A program made the position numbers and the translations under genes. Of a stretch of 30,112 bases of DNA, positions 8,227 through 17,167 are shown in pieces. The DNA comes from Candidatus Aenigmatarchaeota archaeon (lineage in GTDB: Archaea; Aenigmatarchaeota; Aenigmatarchaeia; CG10238-14; SCSR01). The stretch is taken from positions 1 through 30,112 of the forward strand of contig JAWBTW010000009.1 of assembly GCA_039000165.1 (NCBI GenBank), given 5' to 3'. The notes under the pieces are model-generated. The model had not been told where the DNA came from. It saw only the letters and a program-made list of their open reading frames with translations, and ran no database searches. Each line of letters opens with the position of its first letter. Position 1 is the first letter of the stretch.

Positions 8227-10071
8227 TCATTCTTTCACCCTTATCGCATTGTATTGACAAACTTGAAAGCAAACAGCACAACCTGTACAAAGCTCTTCGT
8301 CTATGACAAAATCTTCTCCTTCTTTTTTAATAGCTGGACAAGCAAACTCATTTAAACAAACCCCGCACTTAGTGCACTTTTCCTTTGAAATCTCGAACTT
8401 TGGAATTTTTATACCTTCTTTTTTCTTATCCCTTACAGCAAGTAGCTGACAATACCTTCTTGCTATTATAACAGAAACCTTATCCTTTTCCAAAAACTCT
8501 TTAATTGCTTCTTCCATTTCTTTTAAATTGAAAGGATCTACAACCTTAACATTCTCTACACCACAAGCTCTGACTAAATTTTCTAGATCTATTGCTTTTG
8601 TTTCCTCGTTTAAACCAGTTTTTCCTGAACCAGGATGTGGTTGATGGCCTGTCATGGCAGTTACTTTGTTATCCAAAATTATTACTAAAGGATTTGACTT
8701 GTTGAAAACCATGTTTATAAGAGCTGGAATTCCTGCATGAAAAAAAGTAGAGTCGCCAATAAAAGCTATCGCTTTCTGGTTTGTTGCTTTTTTTATTCCG
8801 TGAATTATTCCTTCTCCTGCTCCCATAGAAATTATAAAATCTAAGGTTTTCAAAGGAGGTAAAATTCCAAGCATGTAACAACCAATATCACCGCCAAAAA
8901 CAGCATCTTTTGCAACTTTTTTCACAGCATAAAAGGTTGCTCTATGTGGGCAACCAGGACACATTACAGGAAACCTTCTTGCGATTTCTATTTGCTTGTA
9001 CTTTTTGTAAATCTCTTCTATTTTATTCAAATTCTTCCCAAGAATTTTTCCTATAGCAAGAAAAACTATTTCTTGGCTTAGTTCACCAGCTTTTGGAATT
9101 AGTTCTTTTCCGTAAATTTTAACTTTCGGGTTTGCATCTTTGGCTATTGCCTTAACCTTTTCCTCAAGGATATCGTCAAGTTCTTCCACTATTAAAACCT
9201 TTTTTAAGTTTTTAAGGAATCTTGCAATCTTTTTTTCGGGCAAAGGATTGGTAAGGCTTAGTTTTAGAACTGGAACTTTAACTTTCAAGTCTTCTAGAGC
9301 TTCCATCACATAGGCAAAAGAAATTCCTGAAGCTATTATTCCAAAATTGCTCTTGGATTTTTCGTTAACTACAAAGTTGATTTCTGTTTTTTCTGAAAAT
9401 TCCTTTATTTTTTCCATTTTTTCTAGAAGCTTTTTGTGCAATTCAATAATTTTTGGAGCAAGGTTAAAGTACTTCTCATCCTTCTTGAAAAAACCTTTAG
9501 CTTCTTCTTTCTTTATTTCATCCAATAAAACTATTCCACGAGTATGGCTTACTCTAGTTGTTAGTCTTATTAAAACCGGAATTTTATATTTTTCTGAAAT
9601 TTCAAATGCAATCTTTGTAAAATCTTTGCATTCTTGCGGGCTAGAAGGTTCTATCAGAGGAACATGGGCTAAAAAAGCATAATGCCTAGAATCTTGCTCA
9701 CTTTGGGCTGAACTAAAGCAATTTGGATCGTCAGCAACAACTATTACTAAGCCTGCGTTCAAATCAAAGTAAGCTACAGGAAAGAAGCTGTCAGAAGCAA
9801 CATTCAAGCCAAAATTTTTAAAAGAAACTATGGATTTTAAGCCAGAAAAAGAGGCTCCTGCTGCAGCTTCTAAAGCAACTTTTTCATTAACTGAATACTC
9901 AAAGTAAATTCCTGTTTGTTTTGCTATTTGAGCGAAGGTATCGCCAATTTCAGAAGCTGGTGTACCAGGATAAGTTGTTGCAAACTTTACTCCAGCTTCC
10001 AAAGCACCTCTTACAATTGCTTCGTTACCCAAAAGAATGACTTTCTTTCCTTTTTCTTCTAATAGCTTCAT
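8227..10071 (-). CDS. iorA: Indolepyruvate:ferredoxin oxidoreductase alpha subunit
   Basis: LLGNEAIVRGALEAG, YPGTPASEI, NEKVALE, MCPGCPHR, GDIGCY, GDSTFFHAG, TAMTGHQPHPG, two C-terminal 4Fe-4S motifs. Confidence 0.95.
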   Translation of the reverse strand: MKLLEEKGKKVILLGNEAIVRGALEAGVKFATTYPGTPASEIGDTFAQIAKQTGIYFEYSVNEKVALEAAAGASFSGLKSIVSFKNFGLNVASDSFFPVAYFDLNAGLVIVVADDPNCFSSAQSEQDSRHYAFLAHVPLIEPSSPQECKDFTKIAFEISEKYKIPVLIRLTTRVSHTRGIVLLDEIKKEEAKGFFKKDEKYFNLAPKIIELHKKLLEKMEKIKEFSEKTEINFVVNEKSKSNFGIIASGISFAYVMEALEDLKVKVPVLKLSLTNPLPEKKIARFLKNLKKVLIVEELDDILEEKVKAIAKDANPKVKIYGKELIPKAGELSQEIVFLAIGKILGKNLNKIEEIYKKYKQIEIARRFPVMCPGCPHRATFYAVKKVAKDAVFGGDIGCYMLGILPPLKTLDFIISMGAGEGIIHGIKKATNQKAIAFIGDSTFFHAGIPALINMVFNKSNPLVIILDNKVTAMTGHQPHPGSGKTGLNEETKAIDLENLVRACGVENVKVVDPFNLKEMEEAIKEFLEKDKVSVIIARRYCQLLAVRDKKKEGIKIPKFEISKEKCTKCGVCLNEFACPAIKKEGEDFVIDEELCTGCAVCFQVCQYNAIRVKE

Positions 10072-10112
10072 ATTTTCACAATAATTAATTTTTGAATAAC
10101 TTAAAGAAAAAG

Positions 10113-13100
10113 CTATTTCTTCTTAACTTTTCTTTTTGGTCTTTCTTTTGGCTTAGGAATTTCTTTAACTTTGGGTTGTAATTTTTCAGCTACTATTTTA
10201 GCAATAAGAGAAATGGCTAGAAAAACAATAATTATTCCTAACCAGAAAACTAAAGTTGGTAATTTTTCCTCCTCAGGTTTTTCTTCGCAACTTCTTTCTT
10301 CTTCTGGTTTATTAGCTACAGTTCCACATCTATTCCTATCCGTACAAACTCTTGTTTGCTTTCCTTCTATACATGCAGTCCATTCGGAACAAACCCAATC
10401 TTCTGTGCAAGGAGTAACTATAGGAATGCAAGCATGATTCTCGCATTTGTAGCCAGAAGTGCAAGCTTTATCATAATACTCTGCCTCTCCTATGCAGCAT
10501 TCATAAGGACAAGTTTGCTTAGATTTTTCTCCTGCTATCGCAAAGTAGCTTAGCCCTGGACTAGAAGCTTCAAAGTAAATGTCCTCTGAATCCTCTCCTA
10601 TTCTTAGAGTGTTAAGTTTTTCCCATCTGTAAGTGTACCTGTATAAAGCTATTGAATCGAGTTTTATGTTGTTAGAGTTAATCCAAGACTTTTGAACTCT
10701 AAACCTAAGCTTAACTTCTGTTATGTTTTCGTCATGAATATTCTTCTTGTCAACTCTTATGTAGCGATAAACGTTAGCTAAAGCGGGAACTTCTTCTGGT
10801 TTTTCGTCTAGCTTTGTTATGTTTATTTGAACAGAAGTTACTCTATTTCTAACTGAAATCACTATTTGAGTAAAGTCAATTCCTTCTGTTTTTTGTATGC
10901 TAACATTAGCTTTGCTCATGGCTGCTATTAAAGGAATGAAAATAACAGCTTTTCCTGGAGTTGTTGATACTGTTGTTAGAGGAGCTCCTGCCCCTGGACC
11001 AGGACCAGCTCCACCTGAGGGACAAGTTCCACAATCTCTTGGACAAGAAGAACAAGTTTCTCCTGTCTCACAGTAACCATTCCCGCAATAAATTTCATAT
11101 TTATTACTTAAAGGATAATAATCAGTATCCTTTCCTGTTGAATCTAACAGATATGGTGAATCACAAAAACCATCTTTATTATTATCAGAACAAGTGTCAG
11201 AATACCCATTACCACTAGGATCGGTCCAGTAATTTCCACCTATTTCTTTTCCTGGGGAATAAATTCTTGCTCCTGTCTGCCTTGTTATATTAAAGTAATT
11301 AGTTGGAGAATAAGGATAAAGCTCATAAGTATTGTTACAACCATCGACTGATGGGTCATATTTGCATATAAATAAATTAACGCTATTGTTAAAAAGATTG
11401 TTGTAGATAGTATTGTTTTCGGTAAAATAATAATCTTCTTGATATATGTAAATTCCAAACTCGTTATCTAAAAACTTGTTATTAGCTAATAAACTATGAA
11501 CACAATTCTCTAAATAAACTCCGTAAGAGTTATTAATTAATGACGAGTTTACAATTATTGTTTTTTCTGATGAATGAATCAAAATTCCTTTTTCATTAGC
11601 AGACAATAAGAGATTAGCTAATGTATTGTTTGAACCAGACTCCAAATATAGCCCACCAAATTGATTAGAATCAAACCTCGAATTATTTATGTGATTCAAG
11701 GAGCTACTAGAAAGATAGATTCCATAGCTATTCGAATTGAAAAATGAGTTTAAGATATAGTTTCCAGAAGAAAAATGAAAGAACGCACCATATCTCCCAT
11801 TTTTGGAGCAATTTAAGTTGTTTACTCTATTATAATCACTTGAACTTAAGTAAAGACCATAATGAAAGTTGAAATTAGAAGTTAAATTAATCAGCTCATT
11901 ATAGTGAGAATTTTCAAAGTATAAACCTGAAAACGAGTTATTTTCTGTAACGGAATTTATTATTTTGTTTGATATGCTATCAACAACATAAATTGCGTAA
12001 GAGTTATTGATAAAAGTAGAATGCTCTATTTTATTTAAGGAACTGTTGTAAAGATAAACTCCGTATCGAACAAAAGACGAATTTACCTTACTTAAAGTAG
12101 AATTTTCTGTGTAGTAAATAAGAATTCCGTTATTTTTCAAAAGCGACGAAGGTTTGAGTGTTATGTTAGAAATATTCGACCCAGAAGCGTTACACAAAAT
12201 TAATTCAGAAATCGTCTCGTTCTCTAAGTTTGTTGAAGAATTAAAAAATTTAATGGGTTTCTCATCAGAACCTATTACATTTTCCAAATAATTGTTGCAG
12301 TACAATGGTGAGCTAACATATATCTGTAGGTCGATAGTGGGATTATCTTTAATACTCGAGTTTACAAGAACATTGTGGGCACTATCATGAAAAGCTATCC
12401 CATAATAAGTATTATTACTAACTAATAAACCGTCAAGAACTGTTCGTGAAGAATTTCCGAAATAAATCCCATATTTGTTGTTTTTTATAGTTAAATTTTT
12501 AAGATAATTGGCAGAACTTCCTAAAGAGTAAATCCCATAGATATTGTTGCTGAAGGAAGAATTAATAATTTCATTTCTAGAACTTGTGTTTAATCTGATT
12601 CCCTCATCAAAATTACCATCAAATTTCGAATTAATAATTTGATTGTTTGTAGAATTTTGTAAGTAAATTCCATAATATTGGTTTTCTGTCGATGTTGAGT
12701 TTATAATCCAATTTTGATCGGCCGAGACAAGCCATATACCTATCCACGAGTTACTACCAAAATAAGAGTTTATTATTTTGGTATCCATTACGAAACGTAA
12801 GAAAATCCCATACATAAAATCTCTTACGTAACAGTTTTTAATCGTATTGTTTTTACCTTTGTCAAGATAGATTCCAAAAACAGAAGCATCATTTCCATCA
12901 ATAAAAAAACCTCGACAATCTAATGTAGAATTTTGAATGAAAGAATCAAATTGAATTGCTGTTGTATTAAGATTTAAAGTAGTTTTATTCAAGCAGTAGT
13001 AGGTATTATTTTGGGTTAGTGAGTAAGGAAGGGAATCAATGTAAACTTGACAAGGATTCTTTACAGTAAAGGTAAAATTGGTTACAGCATATTCATAAAT

Positions 13101-13457
13101 GTTTTCTGTTTCATTATAACAATATACATTCCATTCATACACTCCATTTTGTAAGTCTGTCAAATAGATCCAATTTTCCCCCCTAACAATTTCAGTTTGA
13201 TTTGTTTTATTGGCAGCCCATTCGCCAGTAAAATTACCATAAAGAGTACAGTTAGCTATTACCATTGATTCATTCCACTCAACATAGAAAGTAAAGTTTA
13301 CATCCTTTGTATCGATGACGCTATTGTTAGCAGGCAAACCTAAAGTAACATTTAAGGCATCAGTTAAACCAGCATCAGAAAAAACTGAAAAAATAAAGAT
13401 TAAAGAAAAGAAGAAAAAAATTATAAAAACCTCCCACAAAATCCTTTTAATCATCAA
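10113..13457 (-). CDS. Large cell-surface protein: signal peptide, NosD/right-handed beta-helix repeats, Cys-rich modules, PGF-pre-PGF domain, C-terminal TM plus basic tail
   Basis: Repeated GIYLxxSxxNxIxN; GGNYW...DGFCDSPY; CGNGYCETGETCSSCPRDCG; SPGLSYFAIAG; CTEDWVCSEWTAC; TM helix followed by Lys-rich tail. Confidence 0.88.
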   Translation of the reverse strand: MMIKRILWEVFIIFFFFSLIFIFSVFSDAGLTDALNVTLGLPANNSVIDTKDVNFTFYVEWNESMVIANCTLYGNFTGEWAANKTNQTEIVRGENWIYLTDLQNGVYEWNVYCYNETENIYEYAVTNFTFTVKNPCQVYIDSLPYSLTQNNTYYCLNKTTLNLNTTAIQFDSFIQNSTLDCRGFFIDGNDASVFGIYLDKGKNNTIKNCYVRDFMYGIFLRFVMDTKIINSYFGSNSWIGIWLVSADQNWIINSTSTENQYYGIYLQNSTNNQIINSKFDGNFDEGIRLNTSSRNEIINSSFSNNIYGIYSLGSSANYLKNLTIKNNKYGIYFGNSSRTVLDGLLVSNNTYYGIAFHDSAHNVLVNSSIKDNPTIDLQIYVSSPLYCNNYLENVIGSDEKPIKFFNSSTNLENETISELILCNASGSNISNITLKPSSLLKNNGILIYYTENSTLSKVNSSFVRYGVYLYNSSLNKIEHSTFINNSYAIYVVDSISNKIINSVTENNSFSGLYFENSHYNELINLTSNFNFHYGLYLSSSDYNRVNNLNCSKNGRYGAFFHFSSGNYILNSFFNSNSYGIYLSSSSLNHINNSRFDSNQFGGLYLESGSNNTLANLLLSANEKGILIHSSEKTIIVNSSLINNSYGVYLENCVHSLLANNKFLDNEFGIYIYQEDYYFTENNTIYNNLFNNSVNLFICKYDPSVDGCNNTYELYPYSPTNYFNITRQTGARIYSPGKEIGGNYWTDPSGNGYSDTCSDNNKDGFCDSPYLLDSTGKDTDYYPLSNKYEIYCGNGYCETGETCSSCPRDCGTCPSGGAGPGPGAGAPLTTVSTTPGKAVIFIPLIAAMSKANVSIQKTEGIDFTQIVISVRNRVTSVQINITKLDEKPEEVPALANVYRYIRVDKKNIHDENITEVKLRFRVQKSWINSNNIKLDSIALYRYTYRWEKLNTLRIGEDSEDIYFEASSPGLSYFAIAGEKSKQTCPYECCIGEAEYYDKACTSGYKCENHACIPIVTPCTEDWVCSEWTACIEGKQTRVCTDRNRCGTVANKPEEERSCEEKPEEEKLPTLVFWLGIIIVFLAISLIAKIVAEKLQPKVKEIPKPKERPKRKVKKK

Positions 13458-13497
13458 TTAGAAATAGTTTTTCTCGACTAATAAATATTCATCATAA

Positions 13498-13926
13498 CTA
13501 ACTCTGAACCCTAAATTCTTCCCACTTTACCTTTTTTTCTTCAACTATTTCCTTAACTTTCTTCTGAGCTTGGGTAAGCCTGCTTTCTCCTGATTTCACT
13601 TCACAAAAAACTATTTGCCTTAAATCTTTTCCTTCAGAAGAAGAATAACCATCAAAAATTATTAGGTCTATCGGATCGCCTAGCCAGCGAATATCATGAG
13701 CATCATAAGGAAAATTCTCAAGAAAAGGCACAAGCTTTTCCAAAGCCTTTCCAGACAAAGCTCTTGCACTTCTTTTTATAGCATCTTCCCTTATTCTTTC
13801 CTCTTCTTTTTCCTTCCACTCTTTTATTCTTTGCTCAAACTTTATTTTCCACTCTCTATTCTTGAGAAGAAGGTAGAAAATTATGGCTAAAAGAAAAATT
13901 ATTAAAACAAAAAGTAGCTCGCTCAC
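13498..13926 (-). CDS. Membrane-anchored Holliday-junction-resolvase-like PD-(D/E)XK endonuclease (Endonuc_Holl-like)
   Basis: N-terminal TM, REDAIKRS...GKALEKLVP, LGDPIDLIIFDG, IVFCEVKSG. Confidence 0.85.
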   Translation of the reverse strand: MSELLFVLIIFLLAIIFYLLLKNREWKIKFEQRIKEWKEKEEERIREDAIKRSARALSGKALEKLVPFLENFPYDAHDIRWLGDPIDLIIFDGYSSSEGKDLRQIVFCEVKSGESRLTQAQKKVKEIVEEKKVKWEEFRVQS

Positions 13927-13955
13927 AATAATTTATTGAAAAACTTAGGATAAAT

Positions 13956-14417
13956 CTATAAGCCTAGAAAAGCTTTAAGCAAGTTGAAAATTCCAAATAT
14001 TGATAGAAGAATTATTAGCCCCCCTATAAAAGACCCTATAAAAATAGCAAGCAAAGATTTTTTCCAGTCAAGGTTTAAAAGCCAAGCTAAAGTGCTTGCA
14101 GTGTAGGTTCCGCTAAAAGGCGAAGGTAAAAACATTAGAAAAGCTATTCCTATTACTCCATACTTCTCGACATAAGGCTTTCCTTTGCTCCTTATTTTCT
14201 CCAAATATTTTCTAAAAATGCCTATTTTTGAAAGAAAAATTTCGTAGAAAAAGGTTAAACCAAAGAAAACCGGAAAGAACAAGCAACAGTTAACTGCTAT
14301 AGAAATTGAAAAAACTGTTATTGGGTCGAGACCTAAAGCTAAGCCTAGGGGTATTGCTCCCACTTGCTCAACAGTTGGGATTAAGTTTGCAAGAACAACG
14401 TATAAAGTTTTTTCCAT
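13956..14417 (-). CDS. Small multi-drug export family membrane protein (COG2426-like)
   Basis: PTVEQVGAIPLG, VEKYGVIG, LPSPFSGTYT; hydrophobic. Confidence 0.8.
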   Translation of the reverse strand: MEKTLYVVLANLIPTVEQVGAIPLGLALGLDPITVFSISIAVNCCLFFPVFFGLTFFYEIFLSKIGIFRKYLEKIRSKGKPYVEKYGVIGIAFLMFLPSPFSGTYTASTLAWLLNLDWKKSLLAIFIGSFIGGLIILLSIFGIFNLLKAFLGL

Positions 14418-14475
14418 GATTAAAATTTTGTTTGAAAGGTTAAAAGATTTTTTTATCTTTTAACAAAATAAAATA

Positions 14476-15030
14476 ATGCTCGAAAGTTTAATCGAAGCGA
14501 TAAAATCTTTCATAATATCTTCTGGGGATTTTGGAATTTTTTTCGGTAATTTCTTAGCTTCAAGTATAATACCAATTCCTTCTGAAGCTGTTTTGTTTGT
14601 TCAAGGTGCTTCTGGCTTAGAAATAGTTAAAGTAACAATTCTAGGAGCAATAGGTTCAACCTTGGGCTCTTTAGTTTGTTATTATCTTGGAAGATATGGA
14701 AGAAATTTTTTGGAAAAATATGGGAAGTACTTTTTTGTTTCTTCTGAAAAGCTAAAGTTTAGTGAGAAATGGTTTAAAAAATGGGGAAGCTATACTGTTT
14801 TGGTAAGCAGAATCATACCAATAATTCCTTTCAAAATATTTTCAATAGCTTCCGGGATTTTAAAAATGGAGTTAAAAACTTATTTTATTTTAACTCTTAT
14901 TGGCTCGTTTCCAAGATGCTTCTTACTTTCTTACTTTGGCTTTTTAGCTTCTTCCAATATTTATCTTTCGATTTTGGCAATAGCAATTCTTTTTGCTGTT
15001 CCTGCCTTGATAGATAGAATAAAAAGATAG
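14476..15030 (+). CDS. DedA/SNARE-associated family membrane protein
   Basis: IIPIPSEAV, GSTLGSLVCYYLGRYG, SEKWFKKWG, SRIIPIIP. Confidence 0.88.
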   Translation: MLESLIEAIKSFIISSGDFGIFFGNFLASSIIPIPSEAVLFVQGASGLEIVKVTILGAIGSTLGSLVCYYLGRYGRNFLEKYGKYFFVSSEKLKFSEKWFKKWGSYTVLVSRIIPIIPFKIFSIASGILKMELKTYFILTLIGSFPRCFLLSYFGFLASSNIYLSILAIAILFAVPALIDRIKR

Positions 15031-15146
15031 CCCCGAGCGGATTCGAACCGCTGTCACGAGGGTTCTTCCTCATCTTTTTTCAGAGCTTTGATGAGACCAA
15101 AGCCTTATACTAAGCTTCGTATGCTTGGCCGCTGCACCACGGGGCT
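15028..15146 (-). tRNA. tRNA-Gln(UUG) with two introns (29/30: 15105-15116; 37/38: 15063-15096)
   Basis: Minus strand AGCCCCG TG GTGC AGCGGCCAA GCAT A CGA[12 nt]GG CT TTG G[34 nt]C CCTCG TGAC AGCGG TTCGAAT CCGCT CGGGGCT A. Central splice helices ATAC/GTAT and CTTT/GAAG. Confidence 0.92.
15063..15096 (-). ncRNA. tRNA-Gln intron, candidate minimal box C/D guide for Um34
   Basis: Guide ATCAAAGCT (15092-15084) antisense to G30-G37 plus the first intron base; box D CTGA (15083-15080); AAGATGA (15076-15070); N+5 position pairs with U34. Confidence 0.7.
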
Positions 15147-15193
15147 TTTCAAAACTTATAATTAATAAAGAAAAAGAAAATAAAAATTTTTTC

Positions 15194-15349
15194 CTAGCTT
15201 ATTTTTGGAATAAACTGAATCGCAGGAACAAGTTCACAATCAAAATTATTGCAGTATATTACGTAAGAAAGGCACAAATCCAAAACGAAAAATATGAATA
15301 GCAAAATTACAAAAGTTAAAAAAACTTTAAGGCTTGTTCCAGCTTTCAT
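15194..15349 (-). CDS. Small membrane protein, 51 aa
   Basis: Manual translation MKAGTSLKVFLTFVILLFIFFVLDLCLSYVIYCNNFDCELVPAIQFIPKIS; purine-rich GAGGGA upstream; overlaps the end of the upstream gene in operon fashion. Confidence 0.55.
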   Translation of the reverse strand: MKAGTSLKVFLTFVILLFIFFVLDLCLSYVIYCNNFDCELVPAIQFIPKIS

Positions 15350-15572
15350 TTACTTCCCTCATACCTTTTTGAGTTATTGCATAGCAAGTTTTACCTATAA
15401 CTTCAACATAAGTTACTAAACCTTTATCTATTAAAAGCTTAACTATTGTCTCAACAGTAGAAACAGGATTTTCTACCTTTTTTTCCAAAAATAAAACCAA
15501 TTCTTCCTTTTTTACCAGCATTTTCCTTGCTATTTCCTCTAAAACCTCTTTTTCTAGCCCATCTTGAATCAT
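15327..15572 (-). CDS. Small winged-helix protein
   Basis: IVKLLIDKGLVTY...YAITQKG wing motif. Confidence 0.7.
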   Translation of the reverse strand: MIQDGLEKEVLEEIARKMLVKKEELVLFLEKKVENPVSTVETIVKLLIDKGLVTYVEVIGKTCYAITQKGMREVNESWNKP

Positions 15573-16106
15573 TTATACCACTAAATCTCTTTTAAGTTGC
15601 ATGGCCTTTTCTTTTCCCAAAAGCTTTTCAACAATTTTTAAAGCAAACTCTATAGCAGTACCAGGAGCTTGAGAAGTTATTACATTTTTATCAACAACAA
15701 CTCTTCCTTCTCTTGGATGAGGCAACTCTTTTTCCATTCCAGGATAAATTGTTGCTTCTTTATCCTCTAAAATTCCTGCCTTTGCAAGAATAGAAGGAGA
15801 AGCACAAATTGCAGCTATGAGCTTATTTTTTTCATCAAAGTTTTTTATTATCTCGATAATCTTCTGGCTTTTTCCCAAGTTTATATAGCCTGGGTTTCCT
15901 CCTGGTAAAACTATTCCGTCATAATCTTCAGGATTAATTTCATCTAGCCTTTTGTCAGCCATTACGCTTACTCCTCTTGCGCTTTTGATTACTGTTCCTA
16001 CTACACCTACAGTATCAACCTTAATTCCTGCCCTTCTTAAAATGTCTATAATAGCGAAAGCTTCTATTTCCTCAAAACCCTCAGCTAAGGGAACTAGGAT
16101 TTTCAT
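15573..16106 (-). CDS. DJ-1/YajL/ThiJ family protein
   Basis: GFEEIEA, DILRRAG, LPGGNPG, AAICASP nucleophile Cys, ITSQAPGTAIEFAL. Confidence 0.92.
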   Translation of the reverse strand: MKILVPLAEGFEEIEAFAIIDILRRAGIKVDTVGVVGTVIKSARGVSVMADKRLDEINPEDYDGIVLPGGNPGYINLGKSQKIIEIIKNFDEKNKLIAAICASPSILAKAGILEDKEATIYPGMEKELPHPREGRVVVDKNVITSQAPGTAIEFALKIVEKLLGKEKAMQLKRDLVV

Positions 16107-16121
16107 ATAAATAATTTGGTT

Positions 16122-16637
16122 TTATGAAGTTAATACTTTTGCTATTTCCTTGCCGAATTCTTCTGCAGCTTCTGGACCAGAAGCAGTTATTATATTTTCA
16201 TCTCTAACAACGCTTTCTTCTAAATATTCTACCCCTGCTCTTCTAAACTCTGCTAAGACAAAATCTGCAGGAAAAGCTGTTGCTTTTTTTCCTTTCAAAA
16301 TTCCTGCCTTTGTTAAAACATAAGGAGCAACGCAAATTGCAGCTATTAGCTTTTTCTGTTCAAAAAATTTTCTAACTAAGTTTAAAACTTCTGGATAGTC
16401 TGCAAGCTTTGGACTTCCTGTTCCCCCTGCTATTATCAAAGCATCGTATTCGTTAGGGTTTGCCTCTCTAACTGTTATTTCTGGTTTTACTTTCATTCCC
16501 AACATACCTCTTGCCTCTTCTCTTGTTATGCTTGCAACAGTAACTTTTATTCCTTTTTCCTCTAAAATTTTCTTCGGAATTTTTAATTCTTCATCTCTAA
16601 AATTCTGCTGAGCTATTATGTAAAGGGCTTTTTTCAT
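16122..16637 (-). CDS. DJ-1/PfpI family protein
   Basis: NFRDEEL, IAGGTGS, AAICVAP, ITASGPEAAEEFG. Start at 16637 is preceded by GGTGA. Confidence 0.9.
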   Translation of the reverse strand: MKKALYIIAQQNFRDEELKIPKKILEEKGIKVTVASITREEARGMLGMKVKPEITVREANPNEYDALIIAGGTGSPKLADYPEVLNLVRKFFEQKKLIAAICVAPYVLTKAGILKGKKATAFPADFVLAEFRRAGVEYLEESVVRDENIITASGPEAAEEFGKEIAKVLTS

Positions 16638-16678
16638 GTTTTTCACCATTATATACTTTAAAGAATTAATTGATATTT

Positions 16679-17167
16679 ATGTTAGAGACTTTTCTCTCCC
16701 AAGCTTTAGAGTGGATAAGAGTTTTTTCCTATCCTGCAATATTTTTTGTAAGTTTTCTTGGAACTTCAACCATTTTCTTACCTTTCCCTATTTACTTGAT
16801 AATTTTCTTTTCGAAAGAACTTGGGATGCATCCTTTTCTTGTTGGAATGCTAGCAGGAATTGGTTCAGCCTTAGGAGAATTTACTGGCTATGGAATAGGT
16901 TATGGAGGAAGAAAGCTTTTAAAGAAAAAAAGTAGATGGCTTAAAATTGCAGAAGCTTGGTTTAAAAGAAACGGCTTTATAACAGTTTTTATCTTTGCCT
17001 TAACTCCTTTACCAGATGATGTTGTGGGAATAATAGGAGGAATTACAAAGTATGATGCAAAAAAATTTTTTATCGCTTCTTTACTTGGAAAAACCTTGCT
17101 TTGTTTGAGTATTTCTTACTTAGGATATTTAATCCTTCCTCACTTAGAAGGTGTACCTTTGTTATGA
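16679..17167 (+). CDS. DedA/VTT-domain membrane protein
   Basis: IFLPFP, GSALGEFTGYGIG, FALTPLPDDVVGI; ATG 16679 preferred. Confidence 0.85.
   Translation: MLETFLSQALEWIRVFSYPAIFFVSFLGTSTIFLPFPIYLIIFFSKELGMHPFLVGMLAGIGSALGEFTGYGIGYGGRKLLKKKSRWLKIAEAWFKRNGFITVFIFALTPLPDDVVGIIGGITKYDAKKFFIASLLGKTLLCLSISYLGYLILPHLEGVPLL

Noticed and set aside
11300..12900. DNA tandem repeat array or DGR target in the beta-helix gene
   Set aside because: The periodicity is at the protein level only; I saw no near-identical DNA repeats, template/variable repeat pair or reverse transcriptase.
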